A DNA stretch of 64,000 nt, from assembly GCA_951406725.2 (NCBI GenBank), contig OX597838.1:34410001-34474000 (forward strand), written 5' to 3'. Shown here piece by piece: positions 51,317 to 64,000 of the stretch. The position numbers were made by a program, and so were the translations under genes. The notes beneath the pieces are model-generated. The model did not search any database. It saw only the letters and a program-made list of their open reading frames with translations, and was not told the DNA's origin. The stretch's first letter is position 1. Each line of letters begins with the position of its first letter. The DNA is from Octopus vulgaris (Eukaryota).

Positions 51317-53011
51317 GTAAAATTTCTTTTCCTTAAAAATATACTTATCATCTTAACCCCCCTCCTCCTCCCCCTCTTCCCCCTCCTCCACCCTCCTCCT
51401 CCCCATCATCGTCATCATCATCATTAGCATCTACCTTTCATTTTGGTATAGTTGGGCAGTTCGACAGGGGCTGGCAAGCTAGACAACTGCACCAAACTCT
51501 ACCATCTGCTTTGGCTTACTCTTTTACTCTTTTACTTGTTTCAGTCATTTGACTGCGGTCAGGCTGGAGCACCGCCTTTAGTCAAGCAAATCAACCTCGG
51601 GACTTATTCTTTGTAAGCCCAGTACTTATTCTATCGGTTTCTTTTTGCTGAACCGCTAAGTGACGGCAAAGTAAACACACCAGCATCGGTTGTCAAGCAA
51701 TGCTCAGGGGACAAACACAGACACACAAACATACACACAAATACACATATATATACATATATACGACAGGCTTCTTTCAGTTTCCGTCTACCAAATCCAC
51801 TCACAAGGCATTGGTCGGCCCGAGGCTATAGCAGAAGACACTTGCCCAAGATGCCACGCAGTGGGACTGAACCCGGAACCATGTGGTTGGTAAGCAAGCT
51901 ACTTACCACACAGCCACTATAGTTTTTTTTTTTTTTTATATGGCTGGATGCCCTGCCTAATGCCAAGTACTTTACAGGGTGTACTGGGTGCCCTTTTATT
52001 TCGTACCAACACTAGTGAGATCACCAAGTGACTCACAAATCAAGACCCCTCGAGGTTAGATGGCTTTATGACAAATGATGAGAGATTAGGAACTGTCTTT
52101 TAGCATATCATTTCCTTTCTTTAAGATGGTGAGCAGGTAGAACCATGGGCACACTGGACTGAATGCTCACCAACATGTTAGGCTACATATACGACAAATG
52201 CGTTGAGAGAAAAATTGGGCAAAAGTAGTATGCATGGCACCTTAGGCAAGTGTCTTCTACTATAGCCTCGGACTGACCAAAGCCTTGTGAGTGGATTTGG
52301 TAGATGGAAACTGAAAGAAGCCCATCGTATATATGTATGTATATATGTGTGTGTGTGTGTATACATTTGTGTATCTGTGTTTGTCCCCCCAACATCACTT
52401 GACAACTGATGCTGGTGCGTTTACGTCCCCGTAACTTAGCGGTTCGGCAAAAGAGACTGATAGAATAAGTACTAGGCAAAAGAGACTGATAGAATAAGTA
52501 CAAAGAATAAGTCCTGGAGTCGATTTGCTCGACTGAAGGCGGTGCTCCAGCATGGCCACAGTCAAATGACTGAAACAAGTAAAAGAGTATGTGTGTATGT
52601 GTCTATGTGTGAGTGCATAATAGTCGTAAATGAGTGTCACTGTCATACAAGTGGTGTCCTTCATTTCCAGTATTCTGTGAAAACATATTTGGTCATAGTT
52701 AAATATCATTTTACATGGAAACAGGTGGGAATTGGCAACCGGAAGGGCATCCAGCCATAGAAAACCAGCCTCACCAAATTTCATCCGAACCATGTGAGAA
52801 TGGAAAAGTGGACATTAAATGATGATGATTATGATAAGGATGCGGTAGTCATAGGTGCAGGCATGGCTGTGTGGTAAGAAGATTGCTTCCCAACCACTTA
52901 GTTCTGGGTTCAGTCCCACTGCGTGGCACCTGGGGCAAGTGTTTTCTACTTTAGCCTCAGGGTGAACAAAGCCTTGTGAGTGGATTTGGTAGACGGAAAC
53001 TGAAAAGAAGC

Positions 53012-53248
53012 ATGAAGGCAGCAAGCTGGCAGAAACGTTAGCTTACCGGGCAGAGTGCTTAGCGGTATTTCGTCTGCCATTATGTTCTGAGTTCAAATTC
53101 CGCCAAGGTCGACTTTGCCTTTCATCCTTTCGGGGTCGATAAATTAAGTACCAGTTACGCACTGGGGTCGATGTAATCGACTTAATCCCTTTGTCTGTCC
53201 TTGTTTGTCCCCTCTATGTTTAGCCCCTTGTGGGCAATAAAGAAATAA
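53012..53248 (+). mobile_element. Family B SINE nested in a family A SINE, 16-bp TSD
   Basis: GAAACTGAAAAGAAGC at 52996-53011 and 53249-53264. Confidence 0.85.
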
Positions 53249-53627
53249 GAAACTGAAAAGAAGCCTGTCATATATGTGTGTGCGTGTGTACATGCACGTG
53301 TGTGTCCACGATCTCCACTTGACAACTGGTGTTGGTGTGTTTATGTCCCTCTAACCTGGAGGTTTGGCAAAAGGGACTGATAGAATAAGTACCAGGCTTA
53401 ACCAAGCAATAAATACTAGGGTTGATTCATTCGACTAAAAATGGTGGTGCCCCAGCATGGCCACAGTCTAATGAGTGAAACAAGTAAAAGATAAAAGATT
53501 AAAATGCTGTGGCCTGGAAGTATTCCAAATGATAATCTGTTAATCCTTTTGGACAATTTTAGGGAATCTTAACTAAGATTAAAAGATTAGATTTATCAAC
53601 TCTTTATTTTTTTATTTTTCCATTCAG

Positions 53628-53720
53628 TGTTCAGAAATGAAAACCAATAGCTACCCAAATATGGTTTTTGAGGAAACAACTCCATCACTTCTTAATGTGG
53701 CTCTTCCACAAATTCTACAG
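53628..53720 (+). CDS. ERICH6: ERICH6/FAM194-like protein, coding exon 4
   Basis: Long pyrimidine tract then cattcAG, phase 0 to 0, CSEMKTNSYPNMVFEETTPSLLNVALPQILQ, donor CAG|GTAAAT. Confidence 0.75.
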
Positions 53721-55286
53721 GTAAATGCAACAATTAAGTGGAAACTAATTTCTAACAGTAATCATAATTATCACCATAATCACCACCACCACCACCACAA
53801 TCGCTTCCACCACTTACAAACCACAATCGCCATCACCACCACCATTAATTTATTGAACAAGCTGCAGTATGCTATTTATGCAAATCAGATTTTCCGAGTT
53901 AGTGAAGTCTTTAATTGTAGTGACTTTATATACACCATCTCTATGGACAGATAAACGACTATTTCTTGTCCTCAAAATGACCAAAACTGGTTGGATCGAT
54001 CTCTCTTTTCCTACCCCTGAAGAGGTTCATTATTTACATTGTTTACATTATTTACACTGTGCCATATGCCCACATATATATATAATTTCAGCAAAACAAT
54101 TTAGATTCAAATGAATATGGTACTTAACTTAGATGCACCAGAATTTTTTATGGTATTACCCATAAAATTATGTGGGGTGATTATAACCAAAAAATAAGCA
54201 ACAAGAATGGATCTGGGTGAAATGCTTAGCGGTATTTCATCTGCCGCTACGTTCTGAGTTCAAATTCCACCGAGGTCGACTTTGCCTTTCATCCTTTCGG
54301 GGTCGATAACTTAAGTACCAGTTATGCACTGTGGTCGATATAATCAACTTAATCCGTTTGTCTGTCCTTGTTTGTCCTCTCTGTGTTTAGCCCCCTTGTG
54401 GGTAGTAAAGAAATAGGTATTTCATCTGCTGCTACGTCCTGAATTCAAATTCCGCCGAGGTCGACTTTCATCCTTTTAGGGTTGATTAAATAAGTACCAG
54501 TCACGCACTTGGGTCGATATAATCAACTTAATCTGTTTGTCCCCTTTGTGTAGCCGCTTGTGGGCAGTAAAGAAATAAGAAGGACAGGTGCAAGTGTCTT
54601 GCTGAAGCAGGGAATACATGACTTCTCCATGTGGAGAGAGAGAGAGAGAGAGAGAGAGAGATGTGAGTTTAAGGTACAAGACAATGTCATGCAATGGATT
54701 GAACCAAGAACCATTTGAGTTTGGAATAAATTCCTAGGCTGTGTGGTAAGTAGCTTGCTAACCAGTCACATGGTTCTGGGTTCAGTCTCAGTGCTTGGCA
54801 TCTTGGGCAAATGTCTTCTGCTATAGCTACGGGCCGACCAATGCCTTGTGAGTGGATTTGGTAGACGGAAACTGAAAGAAACCCGTCGTATATATGTATA
54901 TATATATGTGTGTGTGTGTTTGTGTGTCTGTGTTTGTCCCCCTAGCATTCCATGACAACCGATGCTGGTGTGTTTACGTTCCCGTCACTTAGCGGTTCGG
55001 CAAAAGAGACCGATAGAATAAGTACTGGGCTTACAAAGAATAAGTCCCGGGGTCGATTTGCTCGACTAAAGGCGGTGCTCCAGCATGACCACAGTCAAAT
55101 GACTGAAAGAAGTAAAAAAAAAAAAAAAAATACCTACATGCATTTTGATATAAGTGCTTTCTCTTGTTATAATTGTTAGTTTTATAATCACGAAAAACTT
55201 TTTCGGAACTGACTCTTTCTGCTCCCTTCCTCTAATTTGTGTTCACCATTCAGTTATTTTAGAACTGGTGTGTATATTTTTTGCAG

Positions 55287-55606
55287 TACAAAAGAGAATC
55301 CGAGGAAGTTGAGTTGTCTTTGGATGGCAGTAATTCCACACAGATGGCCACACCGTTACCAAAAAATATTTGCCAGTTCTGTAAACATCCAATCAAGCCT
55401 TTGGTATCGCTGCAAGAACAAATCACTTTGGCACCTGAGGAAATTTATTGTTGTGAATCATACCAAGAATTTCTTCACATGGTGCTCCTGGCTGAAATTG
55501 AAGAGGCCAAGTTGAAAATGAAGAGTAAGGTATTAGAAGAGGGGCCTGATGTAAACAACCAGAAAATGAAAAAAGAAAAGGTGATTTCTGGAAAAGATTT
55601 AAGAAT
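55287..55606 (+). CDS. ERICH6: ERICH6/FAM194-like protein, coding exon 5
   Basis: Acceptor ttttttgcAG. YKRES...CQFCKHPIKPL...PEEIYCCESYQEF completes the P-x-IL-x-Y-x-x-ES / CxxC...CC pattern I recall for ERICH6. Donor GTGAGT, phase 2. Confidence 0.85.
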
Positions 55607-56490
55607 GTGAGTAACTATTTAAAAATTCAAGGAGAAAACACATCCAAATTAATTCCTCATGTATGACAAGTAGATCCAAATATCATTTAGAAGAATTTCA
55701 AGAAATTCAGAGTGTTCGACAACAAAAAATACAGAGAGAAAATTCAACAATTAATGATGTGATTTTCTCTACCTATGTATATATATATATATATATATAT
55801 GAGCAGGAGTGGCTGTGTGGTAATTAGCTTACTTACCAACTACATGGTTCTGGGTTCATTCCTACTGTGTGGCACCTTGGGCAAGTGTCTTCTACTATAG
55901 CCTCGGGCCGACCAAAGCCTTGTGAATGGATTTGGTAGACGGAAACTGAAAGAAGCCCGTCGTATATATGTATGTGTGTATATGTGTTTGTCCCTCCAGC
56001 ATCGCTTGACAACCGATGGTAGTGTGTTTACGTCCCTGTAACTTAGCAGTTCGGCAAAAGAGACTGATAGAATAAGTACTAGGCTTCCAAAGAATAAGTC
56101 CTGTGGAAGAGGAAGAGAGACACCATCATGCATTTTTTTTTTTTTCCAAATGACCTCCAAGACTGATAAAGAGAAGTGGAAAAGGAGAGGAAAGAACAAG
56201 GAGAGCACATCAAAATGTTTAGTTGTCATCACTTTTGTCATCATTGTCATACTCATTATTTTCTTCCCCCCCCCCAGTCCTCTTCTTATTCTTTTCTTCC
56301 TCTTCCTGCTTCCCCTGCTCTTCTTCCTCTTTATCCTCCTCCTCCTTCCCTCCTATTACGTCTCTCATCCTATTTCACATGTTTCCCTACATGAACGATT
56401 TTTTAATTCCTATTAACAAATGAATCACGTGTAATGGTGAATTTCCAATCTCCTGGTTTCATATGTGTGTGTATTTATATACATACATAC

Positions 56491-56543
<53 letters not shown>

Positions 56544-57375
56544 CGCAGGAGTGGCTGTGTGGTAAGTAGCTTGCTAACCAACCACATGGTTCCGGGTTCA
56601 GTCCCACTGTGTGGCACCTTGGATAAGTGTCTTCTACAATAGCCTTGGGCCAACCAAAGCCTTGTGAGTGGATTTGGTAGACGGAAACTGAAAGAAGCCT
56701 GTCGTATATATGTATATATATATGCATGTGTGTTTTTGTGTGTCTGTGTTTGTCCCCCTAGCATTGCTTGACAACCGATGCTGGTGTGTTTATGTCCCCG
56801 TCACTTAGCGGTTCGGCAAAAAGAGACCGATAGAATAAGTACTGGGCTTACAAAAAAAAAGAATAAGTCCCGGGGTTGAGTTGCTCGACTAAAGGCGGTG
56901 CTCCAGCATGGCCGCAGTCAAATGACTGAAACAAGTAAAAGAGTAAAAGAGTAAAGAGAATATATATATATATCCCTCTCTCCCTCTCTCTCTTTCGGAG
57001 AGGCACTGAGCAGCTATACGCACACATACACACATGGCAGTAACTCCCGCCTACCGAATTCGATCACAAAGCTCCAGTCGGCTCAGGGCTATAGCGGAAG
57101 ATATCTACCCAAAGTGCCACGCAGTGGGACTGAACCCGAAACCATGTAGCTAGGAAGCAAGCTCCCTAACCACACAGCCATGCCCGTGCATATATTTTTT
57201 TTTTCTCTTTTACTTGTTTAACTCATTTGACCAGTTTAGCAAATCGACCCCAGGACTTATTCTTTGTAAGCTGAGTACTTATTCTATCAGTCTCTTTTGC
57301 CGAACTGCTAAGTTACAGGGACGTAAACACACCACCATCAAGCGATGCTGGAGGGACAAACACATACACACACAT

Positions 57376-57858
57376 ACCTTTCAGGTTCGATTAAATAAGT
57401 ACCAGTTACCAACTGGAGTCGATATAATCGACTTAATACATTTGTCTGTCCTCTCTGTGTTTAGCCCCTTGTGGGTAGTAAAGAAATAGGCATTTCATCT
57501 CCCACTACGTTCTGAGTTCAAATTCTGCCAAGGTCGACTTCACCTTTCATCCTTTTAGGGTCAATCAAATAAGTACCAGTTACGGACTGGGGTCGATATA
57601 ATCGACTTAATCCGTTTTTCTGTCCTTGTTTGTCCTCTCTGTGTTTAGCCCCTTGTGGGTAGTAAAGAAATAGGTATTTCGTCTCCCGCTACGTTCTGAG
57701 TTCAAATTCCGCCGAGGTCGACTTTGCCTTTCATCCTTTCAGGGTCGATTAAATAAGTACCAGTTACGCACTGGGGTCAATATAATCGACTTAATCCATT
57801 TGCCTGTCCTTGTTTGTCCCCTCTGTGTGTAGCCCCTTGTGGGCAGTAAAGAAATAAG
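57376..57858 (+). repeat. Head-to-tail array of 5'-truncated family B SINE units
   Basis: Three units (full ones about 184 bp) joined at AAAGAAATA|GG(T/C)ATTTC. A dimer with the same junction lies at 54220-54580. Confidence 0.8.
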
Positions 57859-58248
57859 ATTGTGGTTTCAATTCCCAGACTGGGTGTTGCGTTGTGTTCT
57901 TCATTTCATATTGTTTTGCAATCATTTCATCATCTGACATGTGGCACCCAGTTGCACCTGTACAGGTAATGTTGATCTGATGGAGGGAGTAAGCTTATGT
58001 GAACACAAACATTTGATCACTATAAACAAATGTGTGGTTGTTCGGCAAGAAATTGCCAAACCTTCATATGTTGTCTAATGACGGTAGAGTCCATACATAC
58101 ATATATATATATATTTCGATTTGAAAACCCCACTAGAATGGGAGAAAGCGCTAATATATGATCTAAGTTATATGATGTATAAAAACATGTAGTATACAAA
58201 TAAATATCTGTAAATAAAAACCATCTGAATTTCTGAGTACCTCATTTC

Positions 58249-58286
<38 letters not shown>

Positions 58287-58289
<3 letters not shown>

Positions 58290-58805
58290 GAGGGGCTTTC
58301 AATAAGTAATGCCCCTGACGCACTTCCCATAGCAGTAGAACAATGAAACTTGGCACAGTTATTAGTCTTTTTCTACATAGGAACCACCCAGAGTTACGCA
58401 TTTCTCCCATTGTTTGATGCAGCTCTGGAGACCGTTTTTGTAGAAGACCCCAGCTTGGTCCTCCAACCACGACGTGACTTCAGAAATCAAGGCTGCATCA
58501 TCTGGGAAACACTTTCCCTTCGAAAACAACTTCATGGCTGGGAAGAGGTGAAAATCAGAGGGTGCAAGGTCAGGAGAGTAGGGGGGACGGGGGAGGAGTT
58601 CATAGCCGCACGTCTGTGCTTCTGATCTGGCGACAAGCGAGTTGTGGACCGGAGCGTTGTCCTGCAGGAGGAGGATGCCTTTGCTGATCTTGCCCCGCCT
58701 CTTGATTTTGATAGCTTCTCTTAATTTCCTCAAAAGTGAAGCATAATAGGCTCCTGTAAATGTGGTACCCTTTGCCAGGAAATCTGTCATCACTACTCCG
58801 TCCTA
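58287..58805 (-). mobile_element. Mariner transposon 3' half (irritans/Himar1-like)
   Basis: ORF 58362-58793 has LLQDNAPVH and PPYSPDLAPSDFHLF (D34D spacing). The terminal repeat CACGAGGGGCTTTCAATAAGTAATGC abuts a (TA)n tract. Confidence 0.9.
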
Positions 58806-58892
58806 GTCCCAGTCTTGTGACAAAATTTGGAACCATTATTTGCTCTGGTTAATTTGTTATTCATCATTTTCTTTTTTGTTTCTACTTCACAG

Positions 58893-58978
58893 CAAAGTGA
58901 AAACCAGAGAGACAAATCTGCCACAGAGGCAACACGAAGCCTCACAACAGCTTCACCCTCAACTAGGATATCACATGG
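58893..58978 (+). CDS. ERICH6: ERICH6/FAM194-like protein, coding exon 6
   Basis: Acceptor tttctacttcacAG, phase 2 to 1, KVKTRETNLPQRQHEASQQLHPQLGYHM, donor GTGAGT. Confidence 0.8.
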
Positions 58979-60277
58979 GTGAGTTATGAGAAATACAATA
59001 TTACATAGATGAGTCACATTTGGTGAACTATAGTATTGCTCATTGGTTACAAGTTTCAGACAGTCCAATTGATGATTTACTGCCTTTTTGATGTCAATAA
59101 AGGGGCAAGCTGGCAGGAGTGGCTGTGTGGTAAGTAGCTTGCTAACCAGCCACATGATTCCGGGTTCAGTCCCACTGCGTGGCATCTTGGGCAAGTGTCT
59201 TCTGCTATAGCCCCGGGCCGACCAATACCTTGTGAGTGGATTTGGTAGACGGAAACCGAAAGAAGCCTGTCGTATATATGTATGTGTGTTTGTTCCCCTA
59301 GCATTGCTTGACAACCGATGCTGGTGTGTTTACATCCCCGTCACTTAGCGGTTCGGCAAAAGAGACCGATAGAATAAGTACTGGGCTTACAAAGAATAAG
59401 TGCCAGGGTCGATTTGCTCGACTAAAGGCGGTGCTCCAGCATGGCCGCAGTCAATTGACTGAAACAAGTAAAAGAGAGAAAAGAGTATTCCGAGTAGAAT
59501 GCTTTGCAACATTTTATCCATCTTTATATTCTGAGTTCAAATTCCACTGAGGTCGACTTTGCCTTTAATCCTTTCAGGGTTGATAAAATAAATACCAGTG
59601 GAACACTGGGATCAATGTAATTGACTTGCTCTCTCCCCAAAATTGCAGGCCTTGTGCCAAAAATTGAAGAGGTATTTTGTGCAATTCAGGTGGAGCGAGG
59701 TGTTTTTATTCAGAAACCCCAGTTTTTTGGGGGGCTTCTTGCTGATATACTCTGATGAAAGATATATGCATGCATGTACTGGTGGCACGTGAAAAAAATA
59801 TTTGAACGAGGTCATTGCCAGTGCCACTGGACTGGCTCCTGTGCAGGTGGCACATAAAAAGCATCATTTGAGTGTGGCCACTGCCAGTACTGCCTGACTG
59901 GCCCTCATGCCGGTGGCATGTAAAAGCACCCACTACACTCTTGGAGTGGTTGGCGTTAGGAAGGGCATCCAGCTGTAGAAACTCTGCCAGATCAATATTG
60001 GAGTCTGGTGCAGCCATCTGGTTCGCCAGTCCTCAGTCAAACCGTCCAACCCATGCCAGCATGAAAAGCAGATGTTAAACGATGATGAAGATGATGATGA
60101 TATGACCAGGACTTTTGGTGACATGTAAAAGGCACCTAGTACACTCTGTGGAGTGGTTGGCATTAAAAAAGCCATAGAAACCAAGCCAAAACAGGTAGCT
60201 GGCACCTGGTGCAGCTCTCCGGCTTACCAACCCTAGTCAACCCATCTTATTTATGCCAGCTTAGAAAATGGTGCAAC

Positions 60278-60351
60278 ATGATGATGAGGGTGATGGTGAT
60301 GATGGTAATGGTGATGATGGTGATGACAGTGATGATGATGATGATGAGGGT

Positions 60352-60384
<33 letters not shown>

Positions 60385-60399
60385 GATGAGAGTGATGGT

Positions 60400-60432
<33 letters not shown>

Positions 60433-60479
60433 GATGAGGGTGATGATGGTGATGACAGTGATGATGATGAGGGTGATGG

Positions 60480-60511
<32 letters not shown>

Positions 60512-60630
60512 GTGATGAGGGTGATGGTGATGATGATGATGAGGGTGATGGTGATGATGGTGATGGTGATGATGGTGATGGTGATGACGGTGATGGTGAT
60601 GACGGTGGTGATGAGGGTGATGGTGATGGT

Positions 60631-60662
<32 letters not shown>

Positions 60663-60965
60663 GGGTGATGGTGATGGTGATGATGATGAGGGTGATGGTG
60701 ATGATGGTGATGACGGTGATGATGTTGATGATGATGATGAGGGTGATGGTGATGATGGTGATGACGGTGATGATGTTGTTGATGATGATGATGAGGGTGA
60801 TGGTGATGATGGTGATGACGGTGATGATGATGAGGATAATGAGGGTGATGGTGATGAGGGTGATGGTGATGATGATGATCATGGTGATGGTGGTGATGTG
60901 TGATGATGATGATGATCATGGTGATGGTGATGATGATGACCACAACAACGATGACGATGATGATA
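60278..60965. repeat. Compound (GAT/GGT)n trinucleotide array
   Basis: About 690 bp with recurring GAGGGTGATGGTGATGATGGTGATGACGGT higher-order units, directly after an RTE-tail element. Confidence 0.95.
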
Positions 60966-61787
60966 TGTGGCTGTGTGGTCAGAAGTTCGCTTCCCGACCA
61001 CATGGTTTGAGGTTCAGTCCAACTGTGTGGAACTTTGAGCAAGTGTCTTCTATTTTCGGCTCAGTCTGATCAAAGCTTTGGTAGACACCTATAAGAAGGA
61101 AAAAAAAAATTCATCTCAGAAATTGAGGTTAAGTATCTGTAAAACTAGTGGAGGCGCGTGACTTAGTGGTTAGGGTGTCAGCATCATGATTGTTAGATTG
61201 TGGTTTCGATTCCTGGACTGGGCGACACGTTGTGTTCTTGAGCAAAACACTTCATTTCACGTTGCTCCAGTCCACTCCGCTGGCAAAAATGAGTAATGCT
61301 GCGATGGACTGGCGTCCCGTCCAGCTGGGGAATACATACACCATAGAAACCGATAAACCGGGCCCATGAGCCTGGCTAGGCTTTAACAGGGCACAAGTGG
61401 AGGCACATGGCTTAGTGGTTAGGGTGTCAGCACCATGATCGTAAAATTGTGGTTTCGATTCCTGGACTGGGCGACACGTGTTCTTGAGCAAAACACTTCA
61501 TTTCACGTTGCTCCAGTCCACTCAGCTGGCAAAAATGAGTAACGCTGTGATGGACTGGCGTCCCGTCCACCTGGGGAACACATACACCATTGAAACCAAG
61601 AAACTGGGCCCACGAGCCTGGCTAGGCTTTAAAAGGGTGCAGTTATTTATTTTTATCTTATCTATAAAACTAGCATCTCACTGGCAACAATTCCTCTCAG
61701 ATATTTAGACATTTGATTAAGATTCCCTGCTGTTTGTGTTTTTTATTTATTGTTTTATGTCTGTGTCTTCTCTACTTTGATTATCAG

Positions 61788-61939
61788 CTCGTCATATGAA
61801 CACGATTAATTACCAACTCTCTTCTCGAAAATGTCTCGATGCTGGCTGGACAGTTTGTGTACCTGAGCTGGAGAAGTCAACCCAAGAAGATGTGTTTGTC
61901 ATTGAACCAAGAAAATGCTCTTTATACAGGAGTAATGAG
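61788..61939 (+). CDS. ERICH6: ERICH6/FAM194-like protein, coding exon 7 (gene continues beyond the window)
   Basis: Acceptor ttgattatcAG, phase 1 to 0. RHMNTINYQLSSRKCLDAGWTV matches the TI(S/N)YQLS block of ERICH6. Donor GAG|GTATTT. Confidence 0.85.
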
Positions 61940-63101
61940 GTATTTCACTGAATTGTCCTCTTACAACGTGGAGGCACGTGGGTTAGTGGTTAGGGTGTTG
62001 GATTCATGATTATTATAAGATTATCATTCTGAGTTCAAATTCCACCAAGGTCGACTTTGCCTTTCATCCTTTCGGGGTCGATAAATTAAGTACCATTTAC
62101 GCACTGGGGGTTGATGTAATCAACTTAATTCGTTTGTCTGTCCTTGTTTGTCCCCTCTATGTTTAGCCCCTTGTGGGTAATAAAGAAGCATATTAGGTGT
62201 TAGGAAGGGCATCCAGCTGTAGAAACACTGCCAGATCAGACTGGAGCCTGGTGCAGCCTCCTGGCTTCCCACACCCCGGTCGAACCGTCCAACCCATGCT
62301 AGCATGGAAAGCGGACGTTAACTATGATGATGATGATGATTTACTAGATCATAAACTGGCCTGGGACTAAACAACAACAACAACAACAGGCATTATTCAT
62401 TTATTCTGTAACTCGTAACAACGTTCTTACTGGTATAGGCGTAGGAGTGGCTGTGTGGTAAGTAGCTTGCTACAAACCACTTGGTTCCATGTTCAGTCCC
62501 ACTGCGTGGCACCTTGGGCAAGTGTCTTCTACTATAACCTCGGGCTGACCAAAGCCTTGCGAGTGGATTTGATAGACGGAAACTGGAAGAAGCCCGTCGT
62601 ATATGTATGTATATGTATATGTATATGTGTGTGTATGTGTTTGTGTGTCTGTGTTTGTCCCCCAACATCACTTGACAACCAATGCTGGTGTGTCTACGTC
62701 CCCGTAACTTAGCGGTTCGGCAAAAAGAGACCGATATAATAAGTACTAGGCTTACAAAGAATAAGTCCTGGGGTCGATTTGCTCGACTAAAGGCGGTGCT
62801 CCAGCATGGCCACAGTCAAATGACTGAAACAAGTAAAAGAGTAAAAAAAGAGATTGCCGATAACATGTAAAAAGCACCCAGCACCCTCTGTAAAATGGTT
62901 GGTGTTATGAAGGGCATGTAATCCTAGAAATCATGCTAAAGCAGGCATTGGTGCTTGGTGCAGTCATCTGGCTTGTCAATTCCCGTCAAGTTGTCTTGCT
63001 TGTCAACTCCTGTCAAACATGTCAGCATGGAAGGCAGATGTTAGCGATGATGTGAATGATGCATTTTATTGTATTTTATTATATTTGTTTGAGCTCTTGT
63101 A

Positions 63102-63102
<1 letters not shown>

Positions 63103-63187
<85 letters not shown>

Positions 63188-63212
63188 CACCACCACCATC
63201 CCTACTACTACT
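63103..63212. repeat. (CTA)n/(CCA)n microsatellite
   Basis: Seen directly in the sequence. Confidence 0.95.
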
Positions 63213-63556
63213 TCTATTCGTTATTGTTGTGTATTCCTTGGTCAGTTTACGTCAGGTAAATTTATCACTAAAGGCTTTCTACATGTGATGAAGTTTGAAT
63301 TTACATGTTATTCAATGTAGAACTACATATTCTCATAGGTCAAAGAAAGTGCGTGATCTGAGGGAGGTTTGGCTGCTGTTTCTAGCAAGCTGATGTAGTC
63401 GAGAGCAGTCACCAGCCAACTTCAGCCCACCTAACAAAAAGTTACCTTGAATTTCTTTCAGCAGTGGGGGCCCATTTGATGATGAGCCATGTATCACGCA
63501 GCCCACTTCTCAGTAAAGGTTGCCTGTGCTGGGTGTAGAGGTTCTCTCGTGTTATA

Positions 63557-63926
63557 CATTTAATGTGTGAAAAGTCTGGCTGCATACACGTTAGCATATG
63601 TCAGGTGCATACAAAAAGATTTATTCAGTGAGTTCTATTCAACACATGTTTACACGTGGAATCCATTAGATGAAGGCATTTTCAAAGTTTTGGCCGATAA
63701 AGTTGAACTGAAAAACCCTACAACGAGGCATGAATTGCATGAAGCCGTCTTGCAGTCTTGGGAAGAGCTATCTGAGCAGAAAATTCATGGATGTATTCAA
63801 CATCAAACTCGTGTTCGGCATCAAATAGTTGACTGTTGTGGTGGTAACAGATTCGTGTAATAAATTTTGTGTTTATTTTTGTTTCATAATATATAGTTTT
63901 TCGGATGCAGCCAGACTTTTTACACA
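63557..63926 (+). mobile_element. Tc1-like deletion derivative
   Basis: TIRs TGTGTGAAAAGTCTGGCTGCAT (63564-63585) and ATGCAGCCAGACTTTTTACACA (63905-63926); transposase C-terminus WNPLDEGIFKVL...ELHEAVLQSWEEL...CGG. Confidence 0.8.
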
Positions 63927-64000
63927 GAGTTGACAAGCAAGACAACTTGACGGGAATTGACAAGCCAGATGACTGCACCAAGCACCAATGCCTGCTTTAG

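Noticed and set aside
53869-54024. Possible extra ERICH6 exon (DKRLFLVLKMTKTGWIDLSFPTPEE)
   Set aside because: The acceptors I tested give stops in the required phase 0, the donor is weak, and exon 4 already joins exon 5 through the conserved ILQ|YKRES motif.
60209-61069. Long ORFs encoding poly-His, Asp/Gly-rich or Met/Val-rich proteins
   Set aside because: They are translations of a trinucleotide array inside an intron, with no splice signals or unique coding sequence.
61148-61225. Functional tRNA genes at SINE heads
   Set aside because: A and B boxes are present but the acceptor stems are not, and each head continues into a SINE body.

Overview
This is AT-rich eukaryotic DNA that is mostly repeats. 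The repeat set (several tRNA-derived SINE families, (GAT)n-tailed RTE LINE pieces, CR1 LINEs, mariner/Tc1, Chapaev, Helitron and TTAA MITEs) points to an octopus or other coleoid cephalopod, which is an inference from family recognition. Almost every ORF in the supplied track is repeat-derived. One protein-coding gene can be rebuilt by hand: seven phase-compatible GT-AG exons on the + strand (46293-61939, 309 codons, 3' end beyond the window) encoding an ERICH6/FAM194-like protein. It appears to start from a CpG-rich bidirectional promoter at about 39.2-39.5 kb. An RFX X-box lies on the ERICH6 side; ETS and YY1 motifs and a strong splice donor face a - strand transcript of unknown identity. 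The most notable non-coding signals are a type I hammerhead ribozyme with an intact catalytic core (1576-1661, - strand) inside a 283-bp insertion flanked by a target-site duplication, a decayed tRNA-Asp that may supply the first splice donor of the ERICH6-like gene, and a perfect inverted duplication that begins at a Tc1 terminal repeat at the right edge of the window. Repeat boundaries are approximate unless terminal motifs are quoted.
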